From Octopus vulgaris (taxonomy: Eukaryota), in the NCBI GenBank assembly GCA_951406725.2, contig OX597820.1:49662001-49726000 (forward strand): 64,000 nt of DNA. Reading direction: 5' to 3'. Numbering within the stretch: the stretch's first letter is position 1; every line of letters begins with the position of its first letter. The position numbers were made by a program, and so were the translations under genes. Positions 54,585 to 64,000 of the stretch are shown in pieces. The notes beneath the pieces were generated by a model. That model did no database searches, was not told the DNA's origin, and saw only the letters and a list, made by a program, of their open reading frames with translations.

Positions 54585-54760
54585 TCGCCATGTTGATTCA
54601 TAGCTACAGCACGCATTTTTTTCATCTTTCTGTTGAAGAGCGTAGGCTCGAAACGTCAAAGACTTGTTTTATTTATATTTCCTGAGCGCCATACTAATAC
54701 AATTGTTCGTTTGTTTTCCACCTGCCTTCGTCTTTTGTTTATTTTCATAAAGCTTCCCGT
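54585..54760 (+). mobile_element. Family C element with hammerhead-like motif (54625-54662)
   Basis: TCTTT-CTGTTGA-A-GAGC(GTAG)GCTC-GAAAC-GTC-AAAGA; ends in (TA)n. Confidence 0.75.
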
Positions 54761-54792
<32 letters not shown>

Positions 54793-54825
54793 TATATAAA
54801 ATCAAAATAAGCAACAGGATATCAA

Positions 54826-54883
<58 letters not shown>

Positions 54884-56207
54884 CGTGCATGCATATACAA
54901 ACATATATGTATGTTTGTATGTATGGATGTATATTTAGCTATATTAATATGTACACACACAGACTCAAGAGTGTATATGCAATGCGGAAGAGAGCTTGTG
55001 TGTCTGTGTTTACTGGTTATTGTTTCTACTATATGTGTGTGTATGCATGTTTGTATATCTATCTTTATAGATATGCACACAGACACATACACATAAGTGT
55101 GTATATGCAATGCAGAGATGGTCCTCGCGTGTCTGTGTTTACTGGTTATTATAACTAGTATATAAATACATGTATGCGTTTGTGTGTGTGTGTATGTTTG
55201 TGTATCTGTGTGTGTATGGGGGTGGGTGAGTGAGTGTGTGCGCGTGTTATTCTACAGATTGGTCTAATAGATTGTACGGGTATTATTTATTGGACGTACT
55301 GCAGAAAATTAATACGATCAATGCTTTACTAAATAGTTCTGAAACGGAAATATGTCCGAAGTAGCTTCCCGTACTTGTCGAAATGATTATAATAGTAATT
55401 AGTGTCATTTGCTCACTGTATATTCAATTCTAATGAAATTTTCGATACACACTACAACTGACAATTAACATTTAGATACAGCGATAATTTTATTGATGAC
55501 AATCAACAGCTAATTGTGCCTGTCTCAGATTGGCTGAGGCGGCTAGACAGAAAATAAGTATAAGTACGAAATATATACGTTATACAACACTTTAATACCG
55601 ATATTACACTCAGGCGCGCACGCACGCATACACACACACACACACACACATACACACGTAAACACACATTCATTATCGAGACCGGAACACAATTATTGAT
55701 TGCGGCAATCCTAGTATGTAATTATAGATGTTACACTTTCGTTTGTCTATACAAATTAAGTAACTGATAGACTGCAGCGGTGAGTTTCTTGAATATCAAA
55801 GATCCCAACAACAGTGGGGAATCTTGGCTTTTGTCTACCCTGTGCGATAACGAAATTAGCCGCACGTCCTCTTAAATATAAGTTTCTTTCCTCTCCAATA
55901 AAGACACGTATATACAGTGCAAGCCTGTCTGTTGCGCGCAGTCCACAAAACCCGCTCTTCATACGCTGATGAAGAACTACAATGGCGAATGCACAATTCG
56001 ATTTGAGAGTAACGTCTTAGATTAGAACGACAAAATATTTTTGCTAAGATGTAGTTTGCTATATCATTCGTGTCAAGTAACTGCAGATTGCTTCTTCGAT
56101 GTTTCGATATACGTCTTGCGTGTTTGTCGAATGTGTGAGCGTTTGGAGGTTTCTGTATAAATAATACATTTATATAACTCTCAGCACAAACAGATATACA
56201 AACAATA

Positions 56208-56288
<81 letters not shown>

Positions 56289-56352
56289 AATTACATAATA
56301 CATATATATGCATATATACGTGTGTATACATATGTATCTATATTTGTGCGCA

Positions 56353-56430
<78 letters not shown>

Positions 56431-56582
56431 TGCATGTACGCGTTGTGTGTGTATCCCCCAAAAACATTTCTGTTTATATATATGCACGCATCAAATTTGA
56501 GTCGCATGATAACCAAATACTCAATAAATAGCTAACAGTAATTGAGAATGGCTCTGTGTATGTGTGAGTGTGTGTGTATATA

Positions 56583-56640
<58 letters not shown>

Positions 56641-56845
56641 TATGCATATATGCATATATTTATATGCATCTATCTATCTATCTGTCTATATAAATATATA
56701 TATTCATATATACATATAAGTACGTATATTTATGTTTGTGTGTGAATGTATGTATAGGGATATATGCAAATGCATATATCTATGTATAGATAACTATACA
56801 TACATATATGTTTATGTGAGTGTATACTTTCACACACACACACAA

Positions 56846-56911
<66 letters not shown>

Positions 56912-57416
56912 AAATATCTATATATACGACTATTGTTTATACGCTAGCATAAGCAATAATATGTACTGAAAATAAGATATAATCTAGTAACGTTACACGT
57001 ATACTAGCACACTGTTATATATGTATATAAGGTGAAGTATATGCATGAGCGTGTGTGCGCGTGTGTTTTGTGTTTATGGTTGTGTATGTATGGATGTATG
57101 CATGCATGCAAGTATGTATGGATTGCGTGAGTCTAAAGTGTGTATTGTATACGTCGATACACACGCGAACTCCCACATATATATTTAAATATTTATATAA
57201 CTGTATATTTGTGTGCATGTGTATAAATATATACGGATATATATATATACACACACACAGACACTCATATACATGTATTGATATATACATATCTATGCAT
57301 TTGTATGTGTATATATATCTATATACATATATATATATACAGACACTCATATATATACATATTTATGCATGTGTATATTTATACATATATATACATACTC
57401 ACACACGTGTGTGTGC

Positions 57417-57456
<40 letters not shown>

Positions 57457-58384
57457 TTGCATATATGTATGAGATGTATCTATGTGTGCATGTACAATGA
57501 TGTGTGTTTGATTATTTTATATGTTTCTATATACATACATACACATATTTGATATGGCTCCATCTGGCTGTCAAAATGAAAGATCTGTTCACCCGTGACT
57601 GTTCGCCATCAACGATCAAAACACATGGTCGTCATGGTGATGGCTGCAACCAGAAAATGGCCGTATGCTATAATATTTTTTGTTGTAGTTGTTATTGTGG
57701 AGGCGGCAGCGGTGGTGGCGCCGAACTCGCTCGCGGCGGCGACGCCGGTGATGTTGTAGTAGAAGTGTTGGTGTCTTGGTAGCACTAATGGCGTATATAT
57801 GCTTATTAGTGACAATGTTGGCAATGATGTTAGTGGTGTTGATGGTGATGTTGTCAGTCCCACTGCTATTGTTGTGATTGTGGTGTGATAGTAATAATGG
57901 GCGTGTGCAATGATTGATATGATAGTGAATGTGGGATAAATTGTGGTGATGTTGTGGTAGTCATAATGTATAGGGAGTGTGGTGTTGATAGTGATGATAG
58001 TGATGATGATCGTGTTTGTGATCATTGTTCGTTACAGTGTTAGTAGTGGTGCTGCAATGGAAGAGTGTTGTGGTGAGAGTGGTTAGCTCTTGTTGAAATA
58101 TTCGTTGGTACTCGTTGTTGTGATGATCTTATGAGTAGTATCAGCGGTGGTAGTGTTGCAAGAGAAGGCTGTGCCGTTGAAGGTGTTATAATGTTTTTGT
58201 TGAACCCCACGTCAGTTATTGGATAAGATCTATGATCAGAACCATTCCAGCTATGACCATCTTCTTGTTATTCTAGGCGCAGCGTATCGAGTATTACATT
58301 ATTCAGCAGGCTGCTTTTGTTAATATGACATTGAATAATTGAGACAACTAGTAAATGAGGTCTCAATATTACGTCAACTTAAAG

Positions 58385-59150
58385 CAGGGAAGTGGCAGAA
58401 TCGTTAGCACGTCGGGCGAAATGCTTAGCGGTATTTCGTTTGCCGTTACGTTCTGAGTTCAAATTCCGCCGAGGTCGAATTTGCCTTTCATCCTTTCGGG
58501 GTCGATAAATTAAGTACCAGTTACGCACTGGGGTCGATGTAATCGACTTAATACCTATGTCTGTCCTTGTTTGTCCCCTCTGTGTTTAGCCCCTTGTGGA
58601 TAATAAAGAAATAGGTATTTCGTTTGCCGTTACGTTCTGAGTTCAAATTCCGCCGAGGTCGACTTTGCCTTTCATCCTTTCGGGGTCGATAAATTAAGTA
58701 CCAGTTACGCACTGGGGTCGATATAATCGACTTAATCCGTTTGTCTGTCCTTGTTTGTCACCTCTGTGTTTAGCCCCTTGCGGGTAATAAAGAAATAGGC
58801 ATTTCGTCTGCGGCTACGTTCTGAGTTCAAATTCCGCCGATGTCGACTTTGCCTTTCATCCTTCTGGGGTCGATTAAATATGTACCAGTTACGCACTGGA
58901 GTCGATATAATCGACTTAGTCCGTTTGTCTGTCCTTGTTTGTCCTCTCTGTATTTAGCCCCTTGTGGGTAGTAAAGAAATAGGTATTTCGTCTGCCTTTA
59001 CGTTCTGAGTTCAAATTCCGCCGAGGTCAACTTTGCCTTTCAACCTTTCAGGATCGATAAACTAAATACCAGTTGAGCACCGGGGTCGATGCTATTGACT
59101 TAGCCCCACCCCTATCTTGCTGGCCTTGTGCTAAAATTTGAACCCAATTT
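58385..59150 (+). mobile_element. SINE family A tandem tetramer (184-bp period)
   Basis: One head, with units starting at 58430, 58614, 58798 and 58982; the last unit has the alternative tail. Confidence 0.92.
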
Positions 59151-60482
59151 TATTATTGTTATTGGTTTTCTGTTGAATGGAAATATGTAATCAAGTGCTT
59201 TTTCGAAATTAGAACATGCCGCCCGGCCTGTGAATTGAACTCACGACTAACGACGCTGGGCGCCATACCTTGAAGCTTAAACCATTGTTACAACAAAAGA
59301 TTAGTGTGATCAAATTGCGACTCTTTCTTTAATACAATCTTTCTGTATTAGTATTCACGATGATATTGGAAGAGACAGTGTTGGTATTGATAGTAGTGGT
59401 GGTAGTGATGGTGGAGGTGGTGTTGATGATGGAGGTGGTGGCCATCGTAAAGGTGAAGTAGTGGCGTCATCGGTAGTGTTTGTCGTGGTGGTGATAGCTT
59501 TGGTGGTTTGCGACTTCACAGGGATTAAATCGATTCTCTATTTTTGAAGTCATTCCCCAATCAACTAATGACTTCAGAACACTCTTCCCAGTTTCTTATA
59601 TATTTCGCTCTGTTATAAAATATATTAACAGCATTACGTTATTAGTTGTTGCATTAGATTGGTCGACAACTCTCGCTTGCAATATATTCATATATTTGAG
59701 AGAAAGGAGAAATAAAACACACCTAAAAATACCAGCAAGTATTGGTAAACAAAGCCTCTAAAGTGGAATTAACGATCTTTCTCTGAAGCAAACGGATCAA
59801 AAGTTCTGATGACGCGGCAGTGCTAACAATTCGCGCGCGCGCACATGCACCCATACGCACGCACGCACTCACGCACAAACAAGCACGCATGCACCCACGA
59901 GCAAACAAACACACACGTATATATAGAGAGATGATAAATATAGATATAGACTTAGAGACTCTGAGAGAGAAAGAGGGAGGCATAGGGGGATAGATTGTGA
60001 TAGGGACAGAAAGAGAGAGAGAGAGTGAGGCAAAAGGAGAGAGAAAGACAGGGAGAGACCGAGAAACAGAAAGAAAGATGGATAGATCTAATGACAATAA
60101 ACTAAGACAAATAACTGTAATGTGGCCAGTGGCATTCATCTAAGCAACAAAGACGAATGACGGTATATAACATACATTACATTGATTAAAGTTATCATCC
60201 TTTCCAGATACGAAGCGGTAATTGCGATCGACTCCAAATGAGGAGATAATCTTACGAATTCTCCACAAGTGGTAAGCCGTTAACTAAAACACACCAATTT
60301 ATTTTTAATCTCTGAACAAGCATACACGATCTCACCAGTAGAGCAACTGTCTTACTTTAATTCTCGTGAACGTATGTCGAAAACATATACAAAAACAGTG
60401 GTAAACATTTGTAATATGTATACATGTACAAATGTGTGTATATATCTGTGCGTGTATAGGTATGTTTTACATAACAGTATCT

Positions 60483-60825
60483 TTTATTTACTAAGTCTTA
60501 CTTGCTTCAGTCGTTAGACTGCAACTTTATTAGAGCACCACTTTGGGGAATTTCTGTGGAACTAATCGACCCCAGCATTTACTATATCTATCTATTTTGA
60601 CGAGCCGCTAAGTTACGTGGACGTAAACTTTCCAACGCCAGTTTTTAAGCGACGATGGAGAAACGACATATATACGGCGGGCTTCTTTCAGGTTCCACTA
60701 GCTAAATCCACTCAAGGCCTTGATCAACCCTTGGTCAACAATGGCCCAAGATACCACGCGGTGCGAGTGAACCGGGAACCATGTGGCTGGGAAGCAAGCT
60801 TCTTACCACGCAGCTACGCCTGCGC
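60483..60825 (-). mobile_element. CORE-like SINE, diverged
   Basis: Reverse complement of 14631-15070 with deletions. Confidence 0.75.
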
Positions 60826-60848
60826 TTATCCATACAGTCATACCTGCG

Positions 60849-60925
<77 letters not shown>

Positions 60926-62323
60926 CAGTCAGAAACGGAGGACAAGTTCAGAAAACTGCATATTGAATTTATAAGGTTATTTGGCTTACACGAAATATCT
61001 GGTTAGTAAAACTGAAAATTTTACGTAAAAAAGCGTTGGAAAATTTATTTTTTGTTTTTTATTGTAGAATCGGTGACACTTCTGGAACAAGAATTTGATT
61101 CTACAGGTATATAATCTTTCCTTTCTTACAAATTACTGTAATCACATCTAAAAAAATTTTCTAAGTAGTAAAAATAAACAGCTAAATGAAAGAAAATATA
61201 ATCACGTCCACAATAACTTCCATGTGTCTTTAACATAAACTAAAACTTTAAAATAATTTTATGACAAACACAAAGCAAATAAATTTTATGAAGCAAATTC
61301 TTATTAAACAGTTCTGTTTTATCCCCAGGTTATAAAACAAATCAATGACAATAACTCATATTACTTTAATTCAGAAAGGAGATTGCAGCCAAAGTGCTGG
61401 CATTTTTTTTTTTTTTTATATAATCACCATCAAAATTTTTAGAAATGAACACAATGAAACCACAGTGTGTCAATTATAAATTGGTACAATGACATTGATA
61501 ATAATACAAATTGAACCACTTCTGTATTGTAAATTATTATGTCTCACTCGTCAAATCTTATTCCAGTCAGCATTAAATTTCACCAGAAACCACATCCCAA
61601 TTATGCTCAGTAGAAAATCTGTAGTATTCTTTGCAAATGGGTTGTTCGAGAAAACTAATGAGTCTCCATTTAGCGTCAACATGGGCGCTGTTAACTCAGC
61701 TGAATTATGCGAATGTGTATTTAATTAATACGCATTGTTTTTAACCTCTTAGTAGTTGGTAGTTTAACTATAGATTAATAACTCGATATCTCAGTATACT
61801 TAAACACTTCCTAATACCAGGCTCTAAATAACAGAACAGAATCCTACAGTACGTCTATAATAGCTAAAACCACAGGTTCGGTTTCTTGAAGAGTTTCTCT
61901 AAAAGCACCAGTTTCAAGTTATGTAACATCTCGTACGATGAACCATTATTTAACAACAAAGACTACCATCATTATGAACTTATACAATCTAACAATAAGC
62001 TAACATATATCAACAACAAAAGTTACAACAGTACCAGATGTAAAAACGGATAACGTGAGTATGCAATTTTTGGTTACCTTAAAAACACCTCTAAACTTAG
62101 TAAATACACACTTCTCAGTAAATGAAACTTATGTTAAAACAGTTTCTCTACCGTTTTCAGTGTAACAGCGTCCCTATCGAATGTTAACTTGAAAAATGGT
62201 CATGATATCTAAAATATTTCCCCACCATAAAAACAGTATAAATTTGATCGTTTGTCTCTTAGACAACGATGCCTAAAAGTTTTGATTATCTATCCTGCCA
62301 AAGAGTTGCAAGTGACACAAACG

Positions 62324-62360
<37 letters not shown>

Positions 62361-62526
62361 ATACACACACGCACATTCACACACAAATGTATATGTATTT
62401 GTGTGTGGGCATACACCTTAAGCACACGATAATTGTATATTCCAGAATATGTGTTTCAACAGTAAATGTTCTTGTGCTTTTTACCTAATATTACATCTTT
62501 ATGTAACGCTGTATATATATAATATA

Positions 62527-62598
<72 letters not shown>

Positions 62599-63263
62599 GA
62601 CACACAGATATATTTATCAGAATATTCATACAAACATACATACATGCTAGGTGTGCGTGTGTGTAGTTTGGGTAAAATAAAGATAGCGCACGCTCAACCT
62701 TTCACACAATGCCCTCAGCCAAGTTTACTATATAATATATACTTCTGATCGAGCTACACAGATCCACGAAACTTCACGTCTTAACGATCTATGATATATA
62801 TCTTTTATCTATCATTGCGATATATCTCCATACAACACGCTGCCTGTTAGCAGAATGTCATGAACGGTATGTCAAACATCACTCTTGGGGACAACGAATC
62901 AGTTTTCTAATCAGAGATCCAACATTGATGCACTCAGTAAACCAGCGCCGTTTTTATACTTACTATTGCTATTGTTGTTGTTGTTGTTGTTACTAATATG
63001 CTATTGTTATTGTTTTGGCGCCGTTTTGATTGTTGTTTATGCTTTGTCACTTATATTGTTAAGTCCTATTATAAAGTTGATCGTTTGGGCAAAATCGCTG
63101 AACAAATCTTGCGATATTTACTTAGACAATTTTAAGTTGTGAGTTCAAATGCATCCAAACGTCAACTTAAGTTTTTTTTCCATTTGGGTAAGATACAAAA
63201 AGAGGAAATGGAGCAGTCGTTTATTGAGGTCCTCTTAATTGATAATGCAGAGAATCTTCTCTC

Positions 63264-63296
<33 letters not shown>

Positions 63297-63344
63297 TAAT
63301 AATAATAATAATAATAATAATAATATGATGATGATGATGATGAT

Positions 63345-63882
63345 GCAGTACTGGACAGTGGCTCTCATGGCTTCCGATCTTAACTGATTGGAAATGTTAT
63401 CATGTACATTGTTTTTTTCTTGGTATAAAAGATGGACTACAGCAAATATTCTGCTCAATACCACAGATTTGCTTGTCAGTTGTTTAACCTTAACCAGTTG
63501 ACCATGTCCCTTAGTGACTGACGATATGGGCAACTCTGATCATGAGCAGAAGTAGTGAAGGAGCATCATAGCCATGTGTTGAGAGGAATTCTTAGAGGTT
63601 TGGATAATTCACCATTGGAAACATTGGTGGTTCGTTCAACATCCTTAAACAATCCTTATTCAGGGACCTTTTGAGCGGGATGGGCTACTCGACCAGAAGA
63701 AAATTCTAACTGGGCCCCACCAGCAATGTTATGAGCTGTTTGAGATCACCATGTCGCGCACATATGGTTGTGATGTATGTGCCTGGTGTACACTTATCAG
63801 ACGAGTAGTCGTGATGGGTATACTGGGCTTCGTATATTTTACCCCAGTGTCACTTTGATGGCATGCACTGTTCTCTCACTCA

Positions 63883-63885
<3 letters not shown>
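63345..63885 (+). mobile_element. Probable LINE 3' UTR (R4/Dong-like) embedded in (AAT)n
   Basis: Complex non-coding block between (AAT/GAT)n and (AAT)n tracts, adjacent to an R4-like coding fragment. Confidence 0.45.
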
Positions 63886-63937
<52 letters not shown>

Positions 63938-63938
<1 letters not shown>

Positions 63939-64000
63939 GGATTTGGAGTGACAAGAAGACGTACAACATAAATGCAGACTGGATTATACAAACTGAAGGA
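63938..64000 (+). mobile_element. Start of a 5'-truncated R4/Dong-like LINE ORF (runs off the window)
   Basis: RIWSDKKTYNINADWIIQTEG resembles the pre-RT IW.....HN..A.W motif; directly follows (AAT)n. Confidence 0.5.

Noticed and set aside
55250-55790. Host promoter and first exon (ATTGG boxes, GTGAGT donor at ~55779)
   Set aside because: Short motifs are expected by chance and there is no supporting transcript evidence.
55964-56000. CTGATGA as a hammerhead core
   Set aside because: No stem II or GAAA-stem III follows; the same applies to CTGATGA near 19352.
58430-59150. CRISPR-like array
   Set aside because: Whole 184-bp units repeat with no unique spacers, there are no cas genes, and the context is a eukaryotic SINE.

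Overview
AT-rich, microsatellite-saturated animal genomic DNA with no recognisable host protein-coding gene. The repeat families resemble those of coleoid cephalopods, probably Octopus (inference). Almost all listed ORFs are translations of (TA)n/(CA)n/(TATG)n/(GATA)n/(AAT)n/(ACT)n tracts. The real content is mobile DNA: several tRNA-derived SINE families (one forming 184-bp tandem arrays), a decayed Helitron Rep-Pif1 region (20.3-22.8 kb, minus), mariner remnants, MITEs (one Merlin-like with an 8-bp TSD), and fragments of Tx1/L1-like, Hero-like and R4/Dong-like LINEs. The most striking signal is about a dozen minimal type I hammerhead-ribozyme motifs with palindromic stem III. They lie in at least six unrelated non-coding repeat families with Penelope-like inverted or partial-tandem architecture. 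One of these families is a tRNA-headed SINE carrying a hammerhead tail, and another has a fixed A6U core variant. All alignments and folds were read by eye; family letters (A-I) are my own labels.
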